Source: Pristiophorus japonicus (taxonomy: Eukaryota). Taken from it: a stretch of 64,000 nucleotides of DNA. The stretch spans positions 124,001 to 188,000 of the forward strand of contig NW_027254589.1 in the NCBI RefSeq assembly GCF_044704955.1. The letters run 5' to 3'. Made by a program: the position numbers and the translations under genes. This document shows, one piece after another, positions 24,483 through 36,684 of this stretch. The notes under the pieces are model-generated. The model saw only the letters and a list, made by a program, of their open reading frames with translations, was not told the origin of the DNA and made no database searches. Every line of letters begins with the position of its first letter. The first letter of the stretch is position 1.

Positions 24483-27379
24483 GGAGGGTGTGACCCAGAG
24501 AGAGAACATGACCAACCTGGTCGGAAGCCTGAGATCTGTGAACTGACAATTTATGATTTAAACAAACATATCGATGTACGGCTAGAATGTGACTGTAAAG
24601 GAGTAATGTTGGAAGCCTCGCCCACTGGGACAGTATATGGAAGGTTCAGCAGATGCCGCCCACGATTTTCTGACCATCTGGCAGCGAGATTCCTTGCAGA
24701 GCTCTGGTCTCGTTACCTTTTGTGCCTTCTCAAAAAAGCCTATGCAAAAGAAGTTCTTTCCTCGTGTCCAATGCCAGGTACCACTTCGAAAGGCAAGTGC
24801 ACACTTTGTATAAGCACCACTTGGAGAAAGGACTGAGGGTAGCAAGGGCACAGAATGTACTCTGGCTAGGCAGCTTCAATGTCCATCACCAAGACTCGGG
24901 AGTACCAGCACTGACCGAGCTGGCCGAGTCCTGAGGGACATTGCTGCCAGACTGGGCTTGCGGCAGCTGGTGAGAGGACCGACATGAGGGAATTACTGAT
25001 CTGGCTCTGTCCTCCCCAAGCTACAACAACTTGTATTTATACAGCGCCTTTAACATAGTAAAATATCCCAAGGAGCTTCACAGGAGCGTTATCAGACAAC
25101 ATTTGACACCGAGCCACATGAGGAGATATTAGGGCAGGTGACACATGTTGTAACTTCTATGTATATCAGAGCCATTGAAGATGTTGCTGGGGCCGAGGGG
25201 ATTCACCTATGAATCTAAAACTTTAGAAGCTGAAGGATCCAGAGTAAGAGACCCAAGAATATAACAGGTCCAACTGTGTCGCAGGCTTTCACGTGTAGCA
25301 GAAGTGGCAAGTGTAGGTCTCCACGGACTTGGCCAACTAGGTGTGTCAGGGCCAATTCCAAGTGGCTGCCAGGCACCTGAGGTACAAGTCCATCACTCAT
25401 TCTGCCCCCTCCCTGAACTCCTCTTCCACCTCCAAATCCACAGGAGCCACTGGCAAGGCCCAGTGAGCATCCGTGCAGAGCAGTATGGTTAGAGAGGAGA
25501 TTCACAGCTTGACAGCAACAATACAGTGGCTGGGGAGCTGTGCAAAAAGGAAACATCAGAAAAGAACTATTGCACGGACAACGATGCAGAAACAGCAGTA
25601 CGGGAGATGGAGGGGAAAAAAACAACTTTCCAAAAATCGGTCCCTCTGTCCCAGCTTCGAGTGGACATTCTGCAGTGAGCAGCTGGGAAGACCACAAGTG
25701 CCCATTGTAAACGGGCAAGCAAAAGGCACCAAGTGAGGACACGTGGGGATTCACCATGGGACTGAGTGACATCTATTTACATATTTCTCAGGGTATAATG
25801 AATCCACGCAGGCTTTCAACACAACCTGAAAATACTTCAGATGTCTTCTCCGGCTGCATCTGTTGCATCCGGACCGCCTGCCCCATCCCGCGCTGCTTGT
25901 GCACTTGCTGCGGAGCACCGCCCCTCCAGTCTGACATTGAGTCAGTGTGACAGTGATTTCAGTGGGAATTAGATCGACATAAAGGCAGCGCAGGTGGAAG
26001 ACAACAAACACTTGCATTTACAAAGCTCCTTTCACATAATTGTCTCAAAGTGCTTCACAACAATGGAACTAGGACGACAGACACCAAGCCGTCAAGGAAG
26101 AAATTGGTAGAGGTGTCGGAAATGCTGGTCAAAATGATGGGTTTTTGTAACGGTTTCTAAAGTTGGAGAGAGAAGTGGAAAGTTGGAGGGCGTAATATAT
26201 GAAGTTTATGGAGCTGTTGCATTGTGAGTGGCTCAGCCAGTCACGTGATGTTCACAAAACTCAATAAAACCTTAATGAGGTATGCAGTTGTGAGCCTAGT
26301 GGATGAACTGCTAATGTGTAGTGGGATTGTTAAACCTTTGTTAATAAACCAACTCGTTCTTGATAATAATGTGTTGCTCTGAATTCTTAAAGCAAAGAAC
26401 CCATGAAGCAAATGCATTATGGAGGGGTTTAGCGAGGGAGCTCCAGAGAGTAGGGCTGAGGCAACGAAAGGCTTTTCCACCAATGTGGGGAGGGGAAGGG
26501 GGAGTGAATGCACAGTTAAAGAAGCAAAGAGTGCCGGGGTTATCGGCCTGGAGGAGGTTACAGAAGGTTGGAGGTGGGACATGGCAGTGAGAGATTTGAA
26601 GCTGAGGACAAGAGTTTATATTTAGTGCATTGAGGGACAGGGAGCCTCTGTACGATGACAGTGAGGAGGATTTCCTGTGGGACAGGATATGAGCGACTGT
26701 ATTTTGGACAAATCAGTCGAGTTCACTGAGGATGTGAGGCCAGCAATGAGAGCATTGGAGCCATCAAGACCAGAGGTGACAGGAGCATGGATAAGGATGT
26801 CAGTGTTGTAGGGTATCAGGTGTGACCTTGGGCAGGGCCACTTCAATGCTGTGAGCTGGAATTGGACTGGACAGATTGGAACAGGCAGCATTGAGAGGGT
26901 TGGGCTTGGAGTTTAGGTGAAGATGGGTCAGCAGGCAGAGAGGACAGGCGGGTGGGTGGCTTGTTTGAGGAGGGGATTGATGACTGGTTTTGAATGTTTG
27001 AGGAAAGTCACTAGTAGTGTGAGCTACACAGTAAGGGATAAAGAGGAGTCAGGAGGTGTATGGAGAAGAAATCAATGGGCCAGGGTGTGAGCATCATTTG
27101 GGAAATAAGTGAAGAGAAGGCATGGGAGGGAGATTGGGGAGAATCTGCAGTGATGGGGATCAGGGAGGAAGACTCGGGGAGGTTGGGGAGGAAGTGGCAG
27201 AGGCAGCTGTATGCATGAAGCAAAGAAATCCTGGAGCTTTTCATATCAGGCCATATAATGATCATTTGTTTAGAATTTACTGAAGCTCAGGTGAGCTGCC
27301 TGCAGTTTTCATTGAAACACTTCAGACATTTATCAACCTTCAGACCGGTTTTTAAGTGATTGATATTTTCCCATTAAAG

Positions 27380-27724
27380 GTGCAGTTGTCCCTGTCCTGA
27401 CCCAGTCTCCGAGCCTGGAACGTGTCACAGAGGGTCACACGGCGCGGTTACAGTGCACCATGCGGAACGCCAGAGTGAGTGACACCGATGTCCACTGGTA
27501 CCGGCAACTACCGGGGCAAGATACGGAGTGGGTTTTAACACATGAGGCAAGTGGCAGCACACGAGGGAGCCCAGGTTCCACTGACCGTCTCCAGCCTTCC
27601 AGAGACACCTCCAATAACAGCTTCATTCTGACAGTCACAGACATGCAGCCCAGTGACACTGCCGCCTATTACTGTAAAGTGTGGGGCGATATCAGCGGGA
27701 GCGGAACCCAGCTCAATGTAACCA
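27380..27724 (+). CDS. Ig V-set exon V2 (germline-joined VJ)
   Basis: Acceptor TTTTCCCATTAAAG, donor GTAAGT at 27725. VPVLTQSPSLERVTEGHTARLQC..VHWYRQLPG..EWV..DTAAYYCKVWGDISGSGTQLNVT. Confidence 0.93.
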
Positions 27725-28339
27725 GTAAGTATAAGTTACATTTGGTTTTATTTATAATAGCGTTACTACATAGAGGGTAATTTTACAACAATACACTCCC
27801 AGTCGAGAGGCACACACACACTGGGAGCATGGACTGGAGAATTGGGGCTGTGATGTTGTGGCCCTATATCTGACCCACATTCCATGGGACTGTGGCTTCT
27901 CACTGGGAGCACGGCATTGTGGGATCCCTCTTATACACACTTCACTTCTCAATAGAACACAGGAGCTTCCCAAACTTGATGGAAATATTTTGTTTAGCCT
28001 AAAGTGTGATTTCACTTATACTGACAGGAATTAGAAATTCTAACGCGATTTGATTCTTTTAAAATTCAACATTACTACACGTTAAAGTGCCAGTAATCCG
28101 TCACAGTGCAACTCAGCAGCAGATAGTTTTGCAATAATTTCTCACATTTATCTGCGCCTATTTTCTCCTCGTGATGGTCCAGTCCACAGGCCCTGACTCC
28201 TTGCCCAAGTTACCATTCACACCCACACATATCCCCATCAGTGTTACCCTGCATTTGCTTTTTGATGCGTGGTTCCTTTAATGGGCGGCACAGCCCATTC
28301 AAAGTTTCACATCGGGAAAGCTGAACCCGGGCTGTGCTG

Positions 28340-28780
28340 ATCTCCCCCTCCCCCACGCCCCCCCCACCCACATCACCCCTCCCCCTCCCCCACGTCCCCC
28401 ACCCACATCACCCCTCCCCCTCCCCCACGTCCCTCCCCCACATCACCCCTCCCCCTCCCCCACGTCCCCCCCCACCCACATCACCCCTCCCCCTCCCCCA
28501 CGTCCCCCCCCCACCCACATCACCCCTCCCCCTCCCCCACGTCCCCCCCCACCCACATCACCCCTCCTCCACATCCCCTCCCCCACCCACATCCCCCCTC
28601 CCCCACTCGCGTCTAACCACCACACCCCCATCTCCCCGCCCCCCCACACATTCCCTCCCCTCCCACATGTCCCCTCTCCCCCCCCCAGCACGTCCCCTCC
28701 TCCCTCCCCGCCCGCTCCTCCCCCCCTCCCTCACCCCCACCCACATCGCCCCTCCCCCACCCACATATCCCTCCCTTACC
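28340..28780. repeat. C-rich tandem/low-complexity repeat
   Basis: Repeats of CCCACATCACCCCTCCCCCTCCCCCACGTCCCC. Confidence 0.9.
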
Positions 28781-29159
28781 CTCGATTTAATTCCGAAGTT
28801 GATTTTTATGCAGCTCCTTTCCGCTCCCTACAGGATTTGTTCATTCTTTATAAATTCACCTGAAATAATGATTTGTGGTTAATTCTATAAAAATTGTTTG
28901 GCTGGATTTGCGATGTTCTGGGCAGAGGATGTGTTCCCCCTCGCACCAAGTGCAGTTATTGAAGTAGGGCAGGAATGACCATCACTGGTATAACATTGAG
29001 ACAAACACCATGCGCTGTATATTTTAGGTACTTGCTGTCTCACAATACAAGCTGTTCTCGCTCCACAGTCCCATTGACCAGTTTTATGCTCCGACTTCCT
29101 TCTGTTTGAATCAAACTTTGATAAAATTTACACTTGTATTATCCATGCCTTTATATAAT

Positions 29160-30050
29160 CTTACAGCACAGAAAGAGGCCATTCAGCCCATCATGCCCGT
29201 GCTGGCTCTTTGAAAGAACGATCCAATTAGTCCCACTGCCCCTGCTCTTTCCCCACAGCCCTGCAATTTTATTCCTTTTCAAGTATTTATCCAATTCCAT
29301 TTTGAAAGTTACTATTGAATCTTCCACCGCCCTTTCAGGCAGCGCATTCCAGATCACAGCAACTCGCTGCGTAAAAAGGAATTCTCATCTCTTTCCCCCC
29401 TCCCCCCTGGTTCTTCAATCTGTGTGCTCTGGTTACTGATCCTCCCCACACTGGAAACATTTCATCCTCATTTACTTCAGCAAAACCCCTCAGAATTTTG
29501 AACGCCTCGATTAAATCCCCCTGTAACCTTCACTGCTCTAAGGAGAACAATCCTAACTTCTTCAGTCTCTCCACATAACTGAAGTCCCTCATCTCTGGTC
29601 ACATTCTAGTAAATCTCCTCTGCACCCTCGCCAAGGCCTTGACATCGTTCCTAAAGTGTGGTGCCCAGAATTGGACACAATAGTCCAGCTGAGGCCTAAC
29701 CAGTGATGTATGGACGTTTAGCATCACTTCCTTGCTTTTGTACTCTACACCTCGATTTATAAACCCAGGGTTTTTTTTTAGCTTTTAAAGCCTCATCAAC
29801 TTGTCCTGCCACTATGAAGATTTGTATATGTGAACCCCCAGGGCTCCCTGTTCCTGCACCCACTTTATAATTGCACCATTTAGTTCATATTACCATTCCT
29901 CATTTTTCCTTCCAAAATGCATCACTTCACACTTCTCTGCATTAAATTGTATCTGCCATGTATCTGCCCATTTCACCAGTCCTCCTGGAGGCTGCTGCTT
30001 TCCTCCTCATCTGCAAACTTTGAAATTATGCCCTCTATACCCCAGTCTAT
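29160..30050 (-). mobile_element. Old CR1 LINE 3' portion
   Basis: IWNALPERAVE..FKMELDKYL C-terminus, related to 57225-57790. Confidence 0.85.
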
Positions 30051-30259
30051 TTTCAGCATTTAAAATACCTGCTTCATGTCCTCTCTCAATGAAATATCCC
30101 TGCTCCAGTGAGAACTAATTTAATTCTATCATCACACTTGTTAATCGGCTTGAAATCCTTTGCACTGCTATTCTGAGCCCTCTCCAATGTGTCACTCCCC
30201 CGGTGAAGATAAGACCACAACAAGCAATTAATCAGGAAGTCAAATGGAATGTTGGCCCA

Positions 30260-33200
30260 CATTACAGCAAAATTCTAAAGGGGCAAAGTGTGTTAAAAAG
30301 ACAAGCCTGAAGGCTCTGTGCCTCAATGCGAGGAGTATTCGTCATAAGGTGAACGAATTAACTGCGCAGACAGGAGTTAACAGATATGATGCAATTGGCA
30401 TCATGGAGACATGGCTCCAGGGCGACCAAGGCTGGGAACTCAACATCCAGGGGTATTCAACATTTAGGAAGGATAGGCAGAGAGGAAAAGGAGGTGGGGT
30501 AGCATTGCTGTTTAAAGAGGAAATTAATGCAATAGTAAGGAGGGACATTAGCCTGGATGATGTGGAATCGGTATGGGTGGAGCTGTGGAATACCAAAGGG
30601 CAGAAAACGCTCGTGGGAGTTGTGTACAGACCACCAAACAGTAGCAGTGAGGTTGGGGACAGCATCAAACAAGAAATAAGGGATGTGTGCGATAAAGGTA
30701 GAGCAGTTATCATGGGGGACTTTAATCGACATATTGATTGGGCTAAACAAACTGGGAGCAATGAGGTGGAGGAGGATTTCCTGGAGAGTATTAGGGATGG
30801 TTTTCTGGGCCAATATGTCGAGGAACCAACTAGAGAGCTGGCCATCCTAGACTGGGTGATGTGTAATGAGAAGCAACTAATTAGCAATCTTGTTGTGCGA
30901 GGCCCCTTGGGGAAGAGTGACCATAAAATGGTAGAATTCTTTATTAAGATGGAGAGTGACACAGTTAATTTGGAAACTAGGGTCCTGAACTTAAGGAAAG
31001 GTAACTTCGACGGTATGAGGCGTGAATTGGCCAGAATAGACTGGCAAAGGATACTGAAAGGGTTGACGGTGGATAAACAATGGCAAACATTTAAAGATCA
31101 CATGGATGAACTTCAGCAATTGTACATCCCTGTCTGGAGTAAAAATAAAACGGGGAAGGTGGCTCAACCGTGGCTGACAAGGGAAATTAAGGATAGTGTT
31201 AAAACCAAGGAAGAGGCAGATAAATTGGCAAGAAAAAGTTACAAACCTGAGGACTGGGAGAAATTTAGAATTCAACAAAGCAGGACTAAGGGTTTAATTC
31301 AGAGGGGGGAAATAGAGTATGAGAGGAAGCTTGCAGGGAATATAAAAACTGACTGCAAAAGCTTCTACAAATATGTGAAGAGAAAAAGATTAGTGAAGAC
31401 AAGTGTAGGTCCCTTGCAGTCGGATTCAGGTGAATTTATAATGGGGAACAAAGAAATGGCAGACCAATGTGGAATGTGGGAAGGGAGGACCTTGAGACAA
31501 TCACTATCACTAGGGGGGTAATACTGGACAGGCTAATGGGACTCAAGGTAGACAAGTCCCCTGGTCCTGATGAAATGCATCCCAGGGTATTAAAAGAGAT
31601 GGCGGAAGTTATAGCAGATGCATTCGTTATAATCTACCAAAATTCTCTGGACTCTGGGGAGGTACCAGCGGATTGGAAAACAGCTAATGTAACGCCTCTG
31701 TTTAAAAAAGGGGGCAGGCAAAAGACAGGTAACTATAGGCCGGTTAGTTTAACATCTGTAGTGGGGAAAATGTGTGAAACTATCATTAAGGAAGAAATAG
31801 CGGGACATCTAGATAGGAATAGTGCAATCAAGCAGACGCAGCATGGATTCATGAAGGGGAAATCATGTTTAACTAAGTTACTGGAATTCTTTGAGGATAT
31901 AATGAGCATGGTGGATAGAGGTGTACCGATGGATATGGTGTATTTAGATTTTCAAAAGGCATTCGATAAGGTGCCACACAAAAGGTTACTGCAGAAGATA
32001 AAAGTACGCGGAGTCAGAGGAAATGTATTAGCATGGATCGAGAATTGGCTGGCTAACAGAAAGCAGAGAGTCGGGATAAATGGGTCCTTTTCGGGTTGGA
32101 AATCGGTGGTTAGTGGTATGCCACAGGAATCGGTGCTGGGACCACAACTGTTTACAATATACATAGATGACCTGGAAGAGGGGACAGAGTGTAGTGTAGC
32201 AAAATTTGCAGATGACACAAAGATTAGTGGGAAAGCGGGTTGTGTAGAGGACGCAGAGAGGCTGCAAAGAGATTTAGATAGGTTAAGCGAATGGGCGAAG
32301 GTTTGGCAGATGGAATACAATGTTGGAAAGTGTGAGGTCACCTTGGGAAAAAAAACAGTATAGGGGAATATTATTTGAATGGGGAGAAATTACAATATGC
32401 TGCGGTGCAGAAGGACCTGGGGGTCCTTGTGCATGAATCCCAAAAAGTTAGTTTGCAGTTGCAACAGGTAATCAGGAAGGCGAATGGAATGTTGGCCTTT
32501 ATTGCGAGAGGGATGGAGTACATAAGAACATAAGAACATAAGAATTAGGAACAGGAGTAGGCCATTAGCCCCTCGAGCCTGCTCCGCCAGTTTAAAACCG
32601 AGTTGAGAAGGAATTTCTTCTCCCAGAGGGTTGTGAATCTATGGAATTCTCTGCCCAAGGAAGGAGTTGAGGCTAGCTCATTGAATGTATTCAAGTCACA
32701 GATAGATAGATTTTTAACCAATAAGGGAATTAAGGGTTACGGGGAGCGGGCGGGTAAGTGGAGCTGAGTCCACGGCCAGATCAGCCATGATCTTGTTGAA
32801 TGGCGGAGCAGGCTCAAGGGGCTAGATGGCCTACTCCTGTTCCTAATTCTTATGTTCTTATCTTCTTATGTATGTTCTTAATTGAACAAATACTTCGGTT
32901 CTGTCTTCACGAAGGAAGACACAAATAACCTTCTGAATGTACTAGAGGACAGTGGGTCTAGTGAAAAGGAGGAACTGAAGGATATCCTTATTATGCGGGA
33001 AATTGTGTTCAGGAAATTGATGGGATTGAAGGCCGATAAATCCCCGGGGCCTGATAGTCTGCATCCCAGAGGAAGTGGCCCTAGAAATAGTGGATGCATT
33101 GGTGATCGTTTTCCAACAGTCTATCGACCCTGGATCAGTTCCTATGGTCTGGAGGGTAGCTAATGTAAAAAGGAGGGAGAGCGAAAGCGAGTAAGTATAG

Positions 33201-34570
33201 ACTGGTTAGCCTGACATCAGTAGTGGGGAAAATGTTGGAATCAATCATTAAGGATGAAATAGCAGCGCATTTGGAAAGCAGTGACAGGATCGGTCCAAGT
33301 CAGCATGGATTTATGAAAGGGAAATCATGCTTGATGAATCTTCTGGAATTTTTTGAGAATGTAGCTGGCAGAGTGGACAAGGGAGAACCAGTGGCTGTGG
33401 TGTATTTGGACTTTCAAAAGGCTTTTGACAAGGTCCCGCACAAGAGATTGGTGTGCAAAATCAAAGCACATGGTATTGTGGGTAATGTACTGACGTGGAT
33501 AGAGAACTGGTTGGCAGACAGGAAGCAGAGAGTCAGGATAAACGGGTCCTTTTCAGAATGGCAGGCAGTGACTAGTGGAGTGCCGCAGGACTCAGTGCTG
33601 GGACCCCAGCTCTTTACAATATACATCAATGATTTGGATGAGGGAATTGACTGTAATATCTCCAAGTTTGCAGATGACACTAAACTGGGTGGTGGTGTGA
33701 GCTGTGAGGGGGACGCTAAGAGGCTGCAGGGTGACTTGGACAGGTTAGGTGAGTGGGCAAATGCATGGCAGATGCAGTATAATGTGGATAAATGTGAGGT
33801 TATCCATTTTGGGGGCAAAAACACGAAGGCAGAATATTATGTGAAATGCCGGCAGATTAGGAAAAGGGGAGGTGCAACGAGACCTGGGTGTCATGGTTCA
33901 TCAGTCATTGAAGGATGGCATGCAAGTACAGCAGGCGGTGAAGAAGGCAAATGGTATGTTGGCCTTCATAGCTAGGGGATTTGAGTAACGGAGCAGGGAG
34001 GTCTTACTCCAGTTGGTGAGGCCTCACCTGGAGTATTGTGTTCAGTTTTGGTTTCCTAATCTGAGGAAGGATGTTCTTGCTATTGAGGGAGTGCAGTGAA
34101 GGTTCACCAGCCTAAATCCAGGGATGGCTGGACTGTCATATAAGGAGAGATTGGATCAACTGGGCCTTTATTCACTGGAGTTCAGAAGGAAACATATAAG
34201 ATTCTGACGGGACTGGACAGGTTAGATGCGGGAAAAATGTTCCCGATGTTGGGGAAGTACAGAACCAGGGGACATAGTCTTAGGATAAGAGGTAAGCCAT
34301 TTAGGACTGAGACGAGGAGAAACGTCTTCACTCAGAGGGTTATTAACCTGTGTATTCCCTGCCGCAGAGAGTTGTGGATGCCAGTTCATTGCATATAATC
34401 AAGAGGGAATTAGATATGGCCCTTACGGCTTAGGGGATCAAGGGGTATGGAGAGAAAGCAGGAAAGGGGTACTGAAGGAATGATCAGCCATGATCTTATT
34501 GAATGGCGGTGCAGGCTCGAAGGGCCGAATGGTCTACTCCTGCACTTATTTTCTATGTTTCTATATTTCT
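30260..34570 (+). mobile_element. CR1 LINE ORF2 (defective) interrupted by a second CR1 family at ~31468-32880
   Basis: The EN domain ends at EMADQ and resumes LNKYFGSVF at 32881. The insert has its own FADD RT and (TTCTTATG)n tail. Confidence 0.92.
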
Positions 34571-35202
34571 ATGGCCTTTATTGCAAGGGGGATTGAGTAT
34601 AAAAGCAGAGAAGTTCTGCTGCAACTGTACAGGGTATTGGTGAGGCCACACCTGGAGTACTGCGTACATTTTTCGTCTCCGCATTTAAGGAAGGATATAC
34701 TTGCATCGGAGGCTGTTCAGAGACGGTTCACTAGGTTGATTCCGGAGCTGGGCAGGAAAGTGGACCTGAGTCCATGATCGGATCAGCCAAGATTGTATTA
34801 AATGGCGGAGCAGGCTCGAGGGGCCATATGGCCTACTTCTGCTCCTACTTCTTATGTTCTTATGAGGGGGTTGACATATGAGGATAGGTTGAGTAGGTTG
34901 GGTCTATACCCATTGGAGTTCAGAAGAATGAGAGGTGATCTTATTGAAGCATAAGTGGCTTGACAAGGTAGATGCAGAGAGGATATTTCCGTTCATAGGG
35001 GAAACTAAAACTTAGAATAATCATGGGTGATTTTAACCTCCATATTGATTGGACAAATCAAATTGGTCAGGGTAGCCTTGAGGAGGAGTTCATAGAGTGC
35101 GTAAGGGACGGGTTCCTTGAGCAGTATGTAACGGAACCAATCAGGGGGGCAGGCTATCTTAGATCTGGTTCTGTGTAATGAAACAGGATTAATAAACAAT
35201 CT

Positions 35203-35474
35203 CCCAGCGTCGAGGAGGTGCGTGGAGAGGCCTATAAAAGGCACAGCAGGGAGTCCGGGGCCCAGCGTCGAGGAGGTGCGTGGAGAGGCCTATAAAAGGC
35301 ACAGCAGGGAGTCCGGGGCCCAGCGTCGAGGAGGTGCGTGGAGAGGCCTATAAAAGGCACAGCAGGGAGTCCGGGGCCCAGCGTCGAGGAGGTGCGTGGA
35401 GAGGCCTATAAAAGGCACAGCAGGGAGTCCGGGGCCCAGCGTCGAGGAGGTGCGTGGAGAGGCCTATAAAAGGC
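35203..35474 (+). promoter_or_regulatory. CR1 5'UTR: 4.7 x 58-bp monomers, each with a TATA box
   Basis: Units start at 35203, 35261, 35319, 35377 and 35435, each containing CCTATAAAAGG. Promoter role is inferred. Confidence 0.75.
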
Positions 35475-35659
35475 GGGACTTGTGCAGCTACAGGGAGAAG
35501 GCAAAAAAGAAGTAGAAAGAAATCAAAAGGTGACGTCACAGCCAAGAGGGTAAGTGATTGGCTGGTGATTGGTGAGTAGTTTTTATTTTTTCTCTTCTAT
35601 ATCAGTCAGTAACTTTTAACATTGTTGTTGCCAATTTAAGTGTATATAAGGGTTAAGTC

Positions 35660-36607
35660 ATGGCAGGAGAGCTCGGTCGGGTGTTATGCTCCTCCTGTAC
35701 CATGTGGGAACTCAGGGACACTTCCGGTGTCCCTGACGATTACGTGTGCGGGAAGTGTATCCGCCTCCAGCTCCTGACAGACCGCGTTGCGGAGTTGGAG
35801 CTGAGGGTGGATTCACTCTGGAGCATCCATGATGCTGAGAATGACGTGAGTATCACGTGTAGCGAGTTGGTCGTACCACAGGGAAAGGGTCCACAGCCAG
35901 ATAGGGAATGGAAGACCAACAGGAAGAGCAGTGCAAGGAAGGTAGTGCAGGAGTCCCCTGTGGTCATCCCCCTGCAAAACAGATACACTGCTTTGGGTAC
36001 TGTTGAGGGGGATGACTCATCAGGGGAGGGCAGCAGCAGCCAAGTTCATGGCACTGTGGCTGGCTCTGCTGCACAGGAGGGCAGGAAAAAGAGTGGGAGA
36101 GCTATAGTGATTGGGGATTCAATGATGAGGGGAATAGATAGGCGTTTCTGCGGCCGCAACCGAGACTCCAGGATGGTATGTTGCCTCCCTGGTGCAAGGG
36201 TCAAGGATGTCTCGGAGCGGGTGCAGGACATTCTAAAAAGGGAGGGAGAACAGCCAGTTGTCGTGGTGCACATTGGTACCAACGACATAGGTAAAAAGAG
36301 GGATGAGATCCTACGAAACGAATTTAAGGAGCTAGGAGCTAAATTAAAAAGTAGGACCTCAAAAGTAGTAATCTTGGGATTGCTACCAGTGCCACGTGAT
36401 AGTCAGAGTAGGAATCGCAGGATAGCGCAGATGAATACGTGGCCTGAGCAGTGGTGCAACAGGGAGGGATTCAAATTCCTGGGGCATTGGAACCGGTTCT
36501 GGGGGAGGTGGGACCAGTACAAACCGGACGGTCTGCACCTGGGCAGGACCGGAACCAATGTCCTAGGGGGAGTGTTTGCTAGTGCTGTTGGGGAGGATTT
36601 AAACTGA
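35660..36607 (+). CDS. CR1 ORF1p (zinc finger/leucine zipper + SGNH esterase-like), 315 aa
   Basis: CxxC...CxxC, heptad LTDRVAELELRV, IVIGDS, HIGTND, DGLH. Confidence 0.92.
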   Translation: MAGELGRVLCSSCTMWELRDTSGVPDDYVCGKCIRLQLLTDRVAELELRVDSLWSIHDAENDVSITCSELVVPQGKGPQPDREWKTNRKSSARKVVQESPVVIPLQNRYTALGTVEGDDSSGEGSSSQVHGTVAGSAAQEGRKKSGRAIVIGDSMMRGIDRRFCGRNRDSRMVCCLPGARVKDVSERVQDILKREGEQPVVVVHIGTNDIGKKRDEILRNEFKELGAKLKSRTSKVVILGLLPVPRDSQSRNRRIAQMNTWPEQWCNREGFKFLGHWNRFWGRWDQYKPDGLHLGRTGTNVLGGVFASAVGEDLN

Positions 36608-36684
36608 TATGGCAGGGGGATGGGAACCAATGCAGGGAGACAGAGGGAAACAAAAAGGAGGCAAAAGCAAAAGACAGAAAGGAG

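Noticed and set aside
23607-24836. Cys/His periodic ORFs (CPIHTDC, YSLCVLG) suggesting a metal-binding protein
   Set aside because: A 33-bp minisatellite open in multiple frames on both strands.
27258-27296. CAG|GTGAGC donor 89 nt upstream of V2 as an Ig leader exon
   Set aside because: The ATG frame (MIICLEFTEAQ) is phase 0 and not signal-like, and the phase-1 frame contains TGA.
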